A stretch of 64,000 nt of DNA from Klebsormidium nitens (lineage: Eukaryota; Plantae; Klebsormidiophyceae): assembly GCA_000708835.1 (NCBI GenBank), contig DF237479.1:115-64114 (forward strand), read 5' to 3'. Below, in pieces: positions 1 through 11,216 of this stretch. Position numbers and translations under genes: made by a program. The stretch's first letter is position 1; every line of letters begins with the position of its first letter. The notes below the pieces were generated by a model. That model was not told the origin of the DNA, searched no databases, and saw only the letters and a list, made by a program, of their open reading frames with translations.

Positions 1-348
1 GCTTGGCTCGTGCGAGGGAGCATACTATGGTATGCGAGAGGCAGTTTGCCAGTGGTCGAAGATCTACCACGCAAAATGCAAGATGCTCTCAAGGGCTACG
101 TGGAAGCAAACGATCATCTCGAGAATTTCATTGCTGATAACTGCGTCAAAGGCAAGAAATGGGCAACGCATGTGGACATATTGAAGCAGGCATTTGAAAA
201 CTACATTGGAAGACGGGATCGGCCAATGACTGTAACCGAATTCAAAACAATGATGCAAGATGTGAAAGATGTTACATATGCAAAGCAAGTCAAGATACTG
301 GGACGCAACACAACGGGGTACAGAGGGATCAACTTACGGCGTCAATGA
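1..348 (+). CDS. C-terminal part of a D5-like/P4-family primase-helicase (viral or Polinton-like type), truncated by the window edge
   Basis: Frame open from base 1: AWLVRGSILWYARGSLP...ALKGYVEANDHLENFIADNC...LKQAFENY...KQVKILGRNTTGYRGINL, stop at 346-348. Resembles the post-SF3 helical/winged-helix tail of D5 helicases. Recognised by eye only; the Walker motifs would lie upstream of the window. Confidence 0.55.
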   Translation, partial: AWLVRGSILWYARGSLPVVEDLPRKMQDALKGYVEANDHLENFIADNCVKGKKWATHVDILKQAFENYIGRRDRPMTVTEFKTMMQDVKDVTYAKQVKILGRNTTGYRGINLRRQ

Positions 349-388
349 GGTCGCCAAACAATTGTTCCACAACACAAGCAAGTGGGAG

Positions 389-675
389 GAGGTAGGTGAG
401 GTAGGTGAAAGGTAGGTCGAAGGTAGGTGTTTGAAAACAGCTCGATCTCGGTCTGTATCTTGGTTTATATTACAATCATGGTAGGTAGGTAGGTGTAAAA
501 TAATCTACATCATAGCATTATCTTTTTGCCACCATTGAGCGCGCAAATTGTCTCAGTCGCCAATCAAATACGGCGTCTACCTACCTACTTACCTACCTCA
601 GCAATGTTTTTAACGATGAATCACACCTCCTCCTCCAATTGCTGATTGTCTACTATTTCTCTACCTCACCTACCA
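389..675. repeat. Clusters of GGTAGG(T) repeats facing inverted (A)CCTACC clusters
   Basis: GGTAGGT at 391, 400, 411 and 422, and (GGTA)n at 480-495. CTAC-type copies at 577-599. 661-674 (ctacctcacctacc) is the exact reverse complement of 391-404. Confidence 0.75.
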
Positions 676-1199
676 ACGCGTTGCTCCGGGATAAGGATAA
701 AAAGTGTGCCGTGTTTGTGCTAGACACATGCAAGTCACCAACTCTATCTCTGCAACAGCCGAGCACGCACCCCTACCGTCCACACGGTTGCTGCAAGTGC
801 GATGCTAAGCTTGGCGTCGTCAACGCGCTTCGAAGAGCTATTATTGCCGCCCAGGAGCAGCGGCAAGATCACCATGAAGCTCTCAAGCCCCGAGTACCAC
901 CCCAGACTCCTAAACCCCTTCAAAAAGGCGTTCACCGACTCCACCGCACTAGTGTTTACCCAGTGGAGCGACGGATAGCTGTCCGGGCAATTTGAGGGGC
1001 CGCACTTGTGTACCTCCTGCCCGGCCTTTAAGAAATGAAACTTGTCAACAGAAAGGTGTACATCAGTTTACATTCTAAGAATAATACCCAATGTACACGT
1101 CTTGAATCGAGAATCCGAGCTCCCAGCACCGGCCCAACTGCAAAATGAATCTCAATGTACACACAATTCCAATTGATGTACACTGCAATCCGTACTCGA

Positions 1200-4100
1200 T
1201 GCTTAGCAACAACGCCCACTACCACCAAGTCTTCATACAACGGATTGTCCAAGCATGCCATTATGGCGTGAAAGTGACGCACCTGTCGACGACAAACCGA
1301 ACCTTGGTGCAAAATGCGCCGATTCTCTGCGGAAGCAGTAGTTACGCAAGGCGCAACTGTTGTCGTGGACCAAAACCTCTGGCAGGTCCTCCCGCCTCAG
1401 CCGAGTGTAGAGCACAACGAACGTGTCCCTTGGGCTCTCCCCGCGTAGCATCACATGGAAGCCATAAATGATCCTGTGGGGGCACGCAAAGACATAGCCC
1501 CCCCTAGTCCTTTTCGGCCGCTCGCTCTTGCTACCCTTCTTCCCCGAGAGCTTTCCGGCCCCCTTCACCAGTCCTGGAACATTCTCGGCATCCCACTCGG
1601 TCATTGACTTCCCGTTGCGCATTTGTGCTCCTCCGAGCTCTTACTGCGGCCGTCCGGATGCTCAAAACTGCTGTACCACGGCAAACCCCGCTTCTGCTCC
1701 CATCCGGGAAACGGGTAGCACGCCAAGGCGTCCTGCTCGGCTCGAAAAGCGTGCCCTGCCGGCAACGGGTGCAACTCGTCGCCCTCCTTGTCGCGCCCCA
1801 GCCTCTCTCTCAGAAGCGAGCGCTCATGACCGCTCATCCCCTCCCACTGCCGGGGGCTTGGCTCCAATATTTCGACCCCCGGGAGCAGCTCGTTCGCCAG
1901 CCCTCGCACCTCGTCCAAGCGTCGTCTTTCATCGATGCTCAGGGGACGCGCTCGAGCCTCCGTAAGAAGGCCAACCGCTCGCTCGAACGGGTCGATCGCC
2001 TCATGCACCCAGCCCCGCCGCCCTTCGCTCTCGAATCCCGTCCCCCCCTGAGCCAAGAGTACGAGCAGGTAGAGGTGGTAGAGCGTGCGCACGAAGAAAG
2101 CCGGGAACGTGAGCCCTCCGCACGAATCCAGGATGCACCGCAGAATTGGTGCGTCCCTTGCCCAGTCCCGCCGGTCCTCGCGAGTTGCCTCGTCACCCAG
2201 CAGCAGCTTCCGGGCCATATGCAATGCGCCAGGTCCGATAAGAGCCTCGTCGCTGTCGTGCGCGCCGAGAGAGTACAGAAGCTCCGTCCACTCGCCCACC
2301 CAGTGCTGCCACAGGTCTGGGCTCAACCCTCGCCTCTCAAAGTCGGCCTGGATCCCCGTCAGCAACTCGAAGACGGCCAGGTTTCGGTCTCGCACCATCG
2401 TGCACTGCTCGACGAGCATGCGCCGTCTGCCGTCCTCTGGAAGCGGGCCCCCCGCCTCATCCGGCCCGAAACGCTTCACGATCTGGGGGTCCTCGTGAGC
2501 CAGCCCGTTCAAAAGCGCTTCATACTCCACTTTTGACAGCCTCCTCTCAAGCCTCTCGTCCTTGGGCCGATGTTGGGAGAGGCGCGCGAGCGCTTCTTGC
2601 AACTCAGGTAGCAGCAAGAGCTTGCGCTTCAATCCGCCCCCCTGAAGACCGGACCCGCAATAGTCGCGGTCGGAGATGGGCCGCTTCTCGAGGAGCGCTC
2701 CCGTGGAGGTACGCTAGGGTGGCAGAACGTGCGTCGCGCGTCGAGCGAGGAGCTTCCAAGCCCGCCTGGCTTTTGCGCGCCGTCAGCGCTGGCAAGGCCG
2801 ACGATGCCGTCGCAGATGAGGATCTGGAGAAAATGTCAAAGTTGTGTGGGTCAACGAGTATGTTGAGCTGCGATTCAGATCAATGTGCATAGCACAGGAT
2901 CAACCATTGAAATTCCATCAAATGTACATGAAATGTTACTTGTACACTGAATATCAACAGATGTACATTGATTATGGACTCGGAATGTACACTGATTATC
3001 CAACTGTCACATAACAAACAGACAGCAAAGACACGATAGACAGAAAAATCTTGTAACCTCTCGTCATCAGCATGGGCACGCCATGGGGCTCACCTTTGGA
3101 TGGGGCCCACACAACGAGCAGCAATCCCGAAGCCCCAGCCCAACCAGCTTGAAGAAGTCAAGGCTTGCCCGGCGCCATGTCTCCTCGCTCAAGACGATCG
3201 CATCCGGGGAGCGCTGGAAGGCCGACTGATGCGTTGCCAACTCCGCTTTGAAGCTGTGCCCGTGCTGCATCCCCCGCAAGAGCAGTTGCAAGCTCTCCTG
3301 GACGAAAAGAGTCCGCCGATTCCACGTGTGCAGCCCCAGGTGCTCGCCGTCAAAGTGGATTGTGTGCGCTTCGTCAAGGTGGCACTCGCAGTGGTAGATC
3401 CGCACCCGCACCCGCTGGCTCCATTGGGAGGCCGTCACGTCCGCCTCGATCCATGCCTCGACCCATGGGCCGCCGCACGCCGGCGATTCAATGGGGCAGG
3501 GCGCGCTCAACAGCCCCTTCTCCGACAGCTCCTGAAAGTGGCAATCCCTCAGCTTGCTCACAGGAACGGGGCGGTCGAGCGAAGTCACGAGCGGGTTGTG
3601 GACGGCGTGCGCATCGCTCGACCGTGCCAGCTTGGATTTTGTGACTTGGACGGCCTCAGTCGTGAGGAGCATGACGGGGGTGCGAACCCTCAAGGCCTCT
3701 TCATGCTCGCATCGGCCCCTAGCGACCGCTAGTGCAGCCAACGAGCAGCTCGTGCACGCGTCCACCCAGCCTCGAATTGCCTCCTTGCCTCTCGCTTCTG
3801 CCGGCGGCCGAGCGCCCCACCCCACTCTTGTGGCTGGACCTTGCGAGCCTTGCTTGTGCGCCTCCCAGAAAGCCTTGTTCCGCCTCGCCCGTTTGTGAGG
3901 GGGCGCCTCCTCCTCAGCCGACCCCCCTTTCCTGCCACGATTGCCCCCATTGCTCTCCCAATCGTTGGAGGTTTGTGTGACGGCGGCCTCTCCAAAGAGG
4001 CGCTTGTGCTGACGACAGAAGCATGAGTCGCCGGCGCAGGTTGCTTGCTCGCCGCCGCTCCAGCAAGCCAACAAGATACCGCTCCTCTTCCGACAGCCCC

Positions 4101-4257
4101 GCATCACCTCCCCCCTGCGAAGGNNNNNNNNNNNNNNNNNNNNCTTTAGCAGAATCCTAAACTCTCTCCCATGTCGCTGCCGACGACTCGCCCGTGCTAT
4201 GTAGCATCGATGGCATTTAAAACGAGCTGGGCAACAGGTGACAGCAATGTTAGACAT
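1200..4257 (-). mobile_element. KDZ (Kyakuja/Dileera/Zisupton) DNA transposon, degenerate transposase gene
   Basis: Minus strand, in order: Cys-rich YHCECHLDEAH..FDGEHLGL (CxC-like). Then CCSLCGPHPKV, GT-AG intron, ILICDG (first catalytic Asp region). Then the 343-aa ORF 1601-2632. Then GGYVFACPHRIIYGFHVMLRGESPRDTFVVLYTR..VHDNSCALRNYCFRRE..(frameshift)..RFVVDRCHFH, matching the KDZ CpHg..ES / YDxxC / vDxfH motifs. Several frameshifts; termini not found. Confidence 0.75.
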
Positions 4258-7200
4258 TTTGTTCTGATATTAAACAAGAAAAAGGATGTGCAAGCTCACC
4301 TCGGTGCTCGTCTCCTGTGCAACTCCTTTTGCTCTCGGCCGTACGCCCTTTGCCATGCCTCGCTCGCCAATCTGGGTCGCCGCCGTGGCCACTGGCCTCT
4401 GCTTCAGTCCTCTCGTTGCATTCTGTTGACAGAGAAAGCTCAGCACGCCGTTCGTGAGCTCGAAGCTTTGACTCCAAGGCCCCTTCCCCCTCTGCCGCCG
4501 CAAGATGGGCATGTCTTGTCCACCATCCCTCCTGCTGCTCAGTGTGATCGACAGCCTATCGGCGCTCTCTGTCACCACACCTAGCAGATTATGGACGCAA
4601 GTCAAGCACACAACATGCTTGCACTGCTTGCTCATCGGAACTCTAGCACTGATCAGGTAGCCCATCAGCACGCCGCGGTTGCTCTTGCGCCATGCAAGCG
4701 ACACGAGGCCAGCAGGCTCTTTGCTCTTGACCCAGATGCGGTGAGCGCAAGTGAGACACTTGACAGCAACCCACTCCTGGCAGCTCACAAAGTCAACCCT
4801 GATTTCACCTAAGGTGATCCCCCTGAGGCTACCTTGCTCAACAGTGTGACCAAGCCCACTGCTGAAATGCTGAAGACTAGCTTGAGACTCCATGGTTATC
4901 ACCCCTTCCTTGGCCTACTACTCTGAGGGGGCCGGATCTTCCTAAGCCCCGTGCGCCTCCATCCTGCCTCCTGCTACCCGGTCCGGGAATACCGGGCCCT
5001 CGAACTTGCCTATTTGGCCCGATGCCCTCTCCCTAAGTACCTAAAGCCCGACCTCGGCCGGTGGTCCCGGTCGCTTAGCCCTAAGTTCCGATGGTTCGAC
5101 GCCCGAGGTTTCGAAATGTCTCGAGAACCTTTGCAGGGGTGGTGACGTGGCAGTCCTCTCCGGTACTCAGTGCAAGAAAATTTAGCGTCACTGCCAAATC
5201 CGGCACGACCATTGTCGAACGTGCGCCGTCCGATCCGCCCGGGTGGATCCTGGCCGTTTATTTAACTCCGAACTTCATTTGGTAGGCCCTTGAATTCGTG
5301 TACCATGGGATTCAAATCCCTCTGACTGATGATGCGCCTCTTCGACGGGCCGGATTCCTCGGGAGAATCTTGTGACGTTCCTGGGCGCCCGTCGAACTCT
5401 TTGCATGACAAAATGCCAGCAAAGTTGTCGACAAAGATAGCTCACGGTGACGTATCGTCTCGGAAAGTATATTCCGTCGAACACATGCGTGGATCCGACT
5501 TTTGATCGCATTTGTTCGGATTAGGGTTGGTTGAGCGCCTGATACCTATTAGGTATAGGGTTTCTTTAGCCATAGGTTCAACTGTAATATGTTTCCTAGG
5601 AAGTCGGGCCCCGGCCGCCGTGCTTCTACCGCTTGACACTTTGCTACACGACCCTCCCTGTCGGCTACATCATAACGTACGGGAGTGTATGTAATGGACC
5701 CAATGGTGCATTGATTATCAAACCAAGGTCTTAATTTTTAAAACACGACATTTTCCAATGCAATAAGCCCTTTCGGCCATCCGATCAAGACAGGGCAACG
5801 CATCGACGGATATTATGAGCTCAAAGCTAGTAAAATCCGATATTTATTGCAAGCGAGAGCATAATCACATGGCGGCCGCGCATGCTAGTAGCGCACGCGA
5901 TTCGCGGTCGATGCAGGGCGGTAGGAAGTAACTGTGGCTAAACTAGGGGGATCTTATTCCTGAGAAGCTATAATGGCTGACGGTCGAATGTAATATAAGC
6001 CGATATCGAGGATAACACCATAACAAATAACCTAACCATTCCATATCTGCCTGCTCCGCACGGGTACCCACCCTAAACCTCCAAGCTAACCCCACCCGTC
6101 CTGACTCCTGACTCCTGAGTCCTGACTCGTCGCCCAATTATTATCCCTAGTGAAGAGTAAGCATTTTGGGGTTACTAAAAACCCTAACCTAAGGAAACAC
6201 CCGCTCCGCACCCGTAGCCACCCTAACCCCCTAACTAACCCTACCCGTCTCCGTAACTGTTCACTGGCTGTTACTGTTCACTACGTCGATCGGAATCAAT
6301 TATTCCTGCCGCTTACCTAGGTATTCTCATTGATTTCAACCCTCATCAATGATAATTTTGGTATTATGCGCAGGCGACAGGCCCGGGCCCCGTACTGGTA
6401 CGTACTACGTAGGTACTACCGGTACGTATACCTTGCTCCTTTCGTCGGATTTGACGAGAACCAGAGTCATCTCAACCCAACGCTTACCGCAACGAATTGC
6501 ACCCCAAACCCCGAAGATAACCCTACTAGGAATCGTCCCTGGGTATGGCCGGTAGTAACCGTGCGCTCTCCGTACGCGGATCATCAGGACCAGATGTACT
6601 GAGACACATGACAATTATGCATGGTCATGGACTCTGCGCGCGGAGTCTGGACCGCCGTCAGGACTCCGAAGGAGCCTCAGCTCTGAGAGAATCTTTGACA
6701 TGAAAAGTCTCATGACAGTACTCAAGGTGGTGAAGGATTGCGGTGGCTGCGGGTGTCGCTTCTTCCGTATACCTACCTACCGGCAGCCTCCAAAACTGAA
6801 CCGAGACTGTATCAGTGTACGATATGGCGGCAGTTCACCATGACCACCCCTGAGGGCCGGCCCCTGCTGTCTTTAAATATCATTGTCAACTCTTTGTTCT
6901 CAAGAGCGATAGCTAGGATAGTACTAGGTAGTGTAAGAAATGCACTGCCAAACGCAACGTTGTGTTTTTGTACCTGTGAGTTTACCACCGGGGAGGAGCT
7001 GAGTCTGGCAGAGCCACAGGTTCGGTGTTCACCGTGATTGAGAAGCATCTTCAGGTCTGTGACATTTGGTAGCCGCCTCTTCTGACGGGGACCTGCTGTC
7101 ACATCATCGCGTGCTTTTGTTGAAGTCAATGCTGGAACAACGTCCTGTGACCTAATGCAGCTTCTGTGCTCCTGGCGCTATCTTGTGAACAAGGGTTGTG

Positions 7201-10143
7201 GTCACGTCAACTTTAGTTGTTTCCAAGGTCGGAAGTCCTGAACGGCTACGTACGTAGCCAAGGACACTTCTGAGGACGTTTGTCACACACATATTGGAGG
7301 TGTAAGGTAGATACCGTCAGGGTGTGAAGGACGACTAACACTTGTAGCAGGGGTCTGCTCGTTCGATATGCTTCTCCTACCTGCTCAGGTAGGGTGGGAG
7401 TACTGGCAGCTAGTTTGAAAGTTGCATATGCTTTTTTGATCTGCTTCTTTAAGCTGACTGCAACTGGTGATGAAGCACATTGCGAAGTCTTCGTCTGCAG
7501 TCTGCCTCGTTGTCAGTCTCTTCTTCATGGTCAGCTTTCGCCTTTGCTCTCAAAAAGTGGTGTTACATAGCCAAAACTCAATCCCTATTTAAGTTCAGAC
7601 GATGCAGTTTTGAGAGAGGCGTAAAAGGATGAGCTAGAATCAGCACATTTGCAGCTTGTAGTCACCGCCACCCCCACTTCACATCTGCCAACATGCATCT
7701 GTTGTATGCTCTTTAGAAGCCAGTGCGCCATTTGACAAGCCAATCTGCTTTAAAGCTTCTACTAGAGTTGTGAATGGGTCGACAAGATGACAAGATCCGA
7801 TGTCACCTCTCAGTAAGTGACTAGAAGTACTGAAGCGCATTGCACTGGGGTGTAGCTAACAGAAGAAGTGTCCTGCATGCATGCGGACCAGTGGTTGTGT
7901 TTCCCATACTTTTCTGCAATTCTACTTTCTCCATTCTGCTTGTTTGGCTGCCTCTCAATGCAAGTTTTTGTGGAACCAGTTGCTCTGCGCCCTAACCCAA
8001 ACGACTTAGGTGTCCCCACCTGCTTGTCTAAGCCTCTTTCCGAAATTGGTTTGCAAAAGGCAAGGGCCTTGGACGGGGCCAGCTTGCTATCTCGGAAGTT
8101 GAACCTGCCCCAAAAGATATCTCTTCCTTTTGCAATTGTCTTCTACGATCTGCTGAATCTTCTCGTTTAGAACTGCCAAATTGAATGGTGAACCGTTTTC
8201 TTGTTTTAAAAGGCTGCACCAGCGCCACTTCTGAGGGGCAGGGCAGATTGGGGAGACAACTGCATGAACCAAAACTCTGGTCCCCTTAGTCCATTCACTG
8301 CTGAAAACACTACCATTGACAAAAAGCAAGGGGTGTGTAATGATGCCCTCTGTGGATTGCAGGGAGGTTCAGGAAGACCCGGTGGAGGTGTCAACCGATC
8401 AGCAGTATGGTCAGGCGAGGGGCGGAGATTGTCCATTCATGGTCCTAGCAAGCGGTTGAAGAAGGATGCAGGTGTATCACAGACTTTGACAGGTCTAGGG
8501 GTAAGCGCAAGGTCTCCCTTTTTGCTTCTTATTGACAAATGTCTGCAGGTCGATTCTTTCAGATGAGTATCTTGGAATCGGTGGACTTTGTGTTGGTCAT
8601 TTGTATGTCAGCCCTGCTGCTCTTAAAACACATTTTAGCACACTTAGTACCAAACTCCCTGGCTCGCAATCTCTCCTTTTCCAGAAACTCATTATCATTT
8701 CAGAAATCTCTGCAGATGGAAAGAGCACAGTCCATGATGGAAAAGCATCCTGATAAGAACTCAAGGAGACAAAGCAGATTATCTAGAGTTGTTATCCACC
8801 AACTCCCTAGTAGTTAGAAGTTCTTGTGAAAGCGGCTTAGCAGGGCAGAAAAACAATCATCGAGAGACAGCCACTCCTCGGTAGGAATTGATTCTTGTCA
8901 GAAATCGGAGGGTCATGTGGTTGATTTGTTGGAACGATTTACCCGGAAGAGTACATCTCGTTCTTGAAACATTGAAATGATGCTTGAACTAAAATACAAA
9001 TACTTCTGAAGAAAGCAGATCACAGAAGATGACCTCCAGTCCATACTCTTCTGTAGAGGGCTCAGAGCTTGTTTTGTTCATCCGCCTTTTGTCCAACAAG
9101 TCAAGAATCGGTTAGGCTGCTCCACAAAAGCCTGTAATCAGTGCGCTTTCATCCCTGCAGGTTCTTATCAGCGCATGCGTTCTGATATCCCTTTACGGCT
9201 TCGCCGGTCATCAGATCAGAGTCGCCTGTAACTCATACGACAGCGGTCGTAATGAGTCCGCGGGGGCACAGAGATCTGCAATTGCATCCGCGTGCGCCTT
9301 CAAGATTGTTGTAAGTTTCGGTCTGCTGTCTCGATTGAAAAGATGGTTTCGTTGGGAGATGGTATTTCTTTCTGCAAAGCAATCAGGGAAGCACTTTCTG
9401 AACGGATATATGGATAGGAGAGCTGCTGGAAAGAGATCTGCAACCCCTCTGCTGATCCGACTTCAATGGCCGTATCGTTTAGCTCCTTGCTCCTTTCACC
9501 ACCATTCGGTAGCGGAAAGGAGCTATTCAATGATAGTAACCTTGGACCAATCTCATCAATGGAAAGGATATTCTTGTCCATTTTTTTTGCATCGAGGTTG
9601 CAACTACGCCAGGGCTGTACTTCTTTCATATATACACTGCTCGTGGTAGACTCTCTTCGAGGTTGTCTGCATGTGCTGATATACTCAACGTTTAGGTAGC
9701 GTTTGAAGAGTCAGGAGACTTTACAGAGTTTCGTTCAGAGGATTTGAGTAGGAAACCCTGAGTCATGCATGCCCTGTGCTTTACGTCGACGAAGAGAGTG
9801 GTCCCCCTCTTCGAAATCAACCACATCTGTTTGCTGAAGTCCTGTCCATGTGTTCCTCAATCGTTGAATGTTCCGGGGTCCCAGTCCCAAACGGTATGTA
9901 GATTGGACTTTCCAAGCAGTACTGCCGTGAAGAAATATGTTGAAGCTTCAGGCAACGTCCAACCGGCAACGAACTAGACTCAACCTAAGAAGCATCCGTT
10001 CCCAGTGCAGACGCAATGTGACAGTATCTTCACCATTACTAATAACATTTCGTCCCGCGTTCTGTTTGTTTCACTTTCTCATTCTTCTACTTTCTTCTAT
10101 TTGTTTTACTTGTTTCTGATTGCACTGCTTTCTTTTTTTCATA

Positions 10144-11216
10144 GGCCACCCCTGCTTGGGCTCCAATGAGCAGCTTACTTCCAAGTTGGACAGACCCCCG
10201 CTCTCCTGTTACTCTAACAAACAACACCAGCCGTCAAAGCAGCCCGGAAACGAAAACTCCGCTCGCCTCCCGCGCTTCGTCAAAGCCAGCCCCCGCCTCT
10301 AGTTGGTCCCTTCTCCATCCGAAAACTTGGCTCCAAGGCCTGTCACCTTTCGAAGCCGTCTCCCTGCTGACGTCAGAAGCGCGCGTCATCCTGACCCCCG
10401 TGCGCAACGCGCGGTTCGTCGTGAGCCTCACGACGTCGCCGAAGCGCGTCGGTTTCCTGGAACCCGTCCTGACGTCACTCCTGCAGAACAGCCTCAAGCC
10501 TGACGTCATCATCGTGAACCTCCCGTTCGTCTTCCTGCGCGACGGCTCCATCTTCGGCGAGCTCCCCAAGTTCCTGACGTCAGCCCCGGGGGTTTTGGTA
10601 AACCGGTGCGAGGACGTCGGCCCCGCGACGAAGATCCTCGGCGCGCTCCCGCTCGCGCGCGGCCCCGACGACGTCATCATCGCCGTGGATGACGACATCT
10701 GGTACCCCCGGCACCACCTCAAGAAGCTCTACCTCAAGTCCGGAGAGGATCGTCACCGGAAAAAGCGCGCTTCCGGGTTTCATGCTGGAGGGTTTTTCCG
10801 GGGTGGTCTACCGGCGCCGCTTTTTCGGCGACCCGGCTGCGCTCGCGAGCTGGTTCAAGGCCGCCCCGACGAGCTGCTTCCTGGCCGACGACTTCGTGCT
10901 GTCTAACTACATGCTTAACCGGGGGTTAACCTTTGCCACGTGTAATACGAGGTACGAGGGCCGGTTGTTGCGGCGACTGGGGTTAGGGCCGGTGCCTTTA
11001 GAGCACGGGCTCAGGTCTGACGCGTTGCATCTAGGGGCGGATCAGAAGTCCAAGGGGAATCGAGAAAACTATGCCATATGCAGGAAGTTTCTCGAGAGCG
11101 AAGCCTTGCTGTTCCCCGGTTTTCCGGACACGAGCTCGGTCTATTTTGACAGGGCGGCGTTTCCGAGCCAGCGCGAAGCTGCAATTCAGGAGGCTCTCTT
11201 CAATCAGTCCGTTTGA
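10144..11216 (+). CDS. GT-A fold glycosyltransferase-like protein with a +1 frame discontinuity near 10740
   Basis: VVSLTTSPKRV..PVLTSLLQNSLKPDVIIVNLP..EDVGPATKILG..IIAVDDDIWYP (DxD) in the 10166 frame. Continues LEGFSGVVYRRRFF..FLADDFVLSNY..DALH in the 10689 frame. The acceptor-like ttttttcatag at 10143 suggests an upstream exon. Confidence 0.7.

Noticed and set aside
1604-3898. Plus-strand ORFs of 130-310 aa over the KDZ region, and similar antisense ORFs over GC-rich exons elsewhere
   Set aside because: Shadow frames of GC-rich coding sequence on the opposite strand.
6070-6250. Interstitial telomere array
   Set aside because: Only scattered single CCCTAA/AAAACCCT units, no tandem run.
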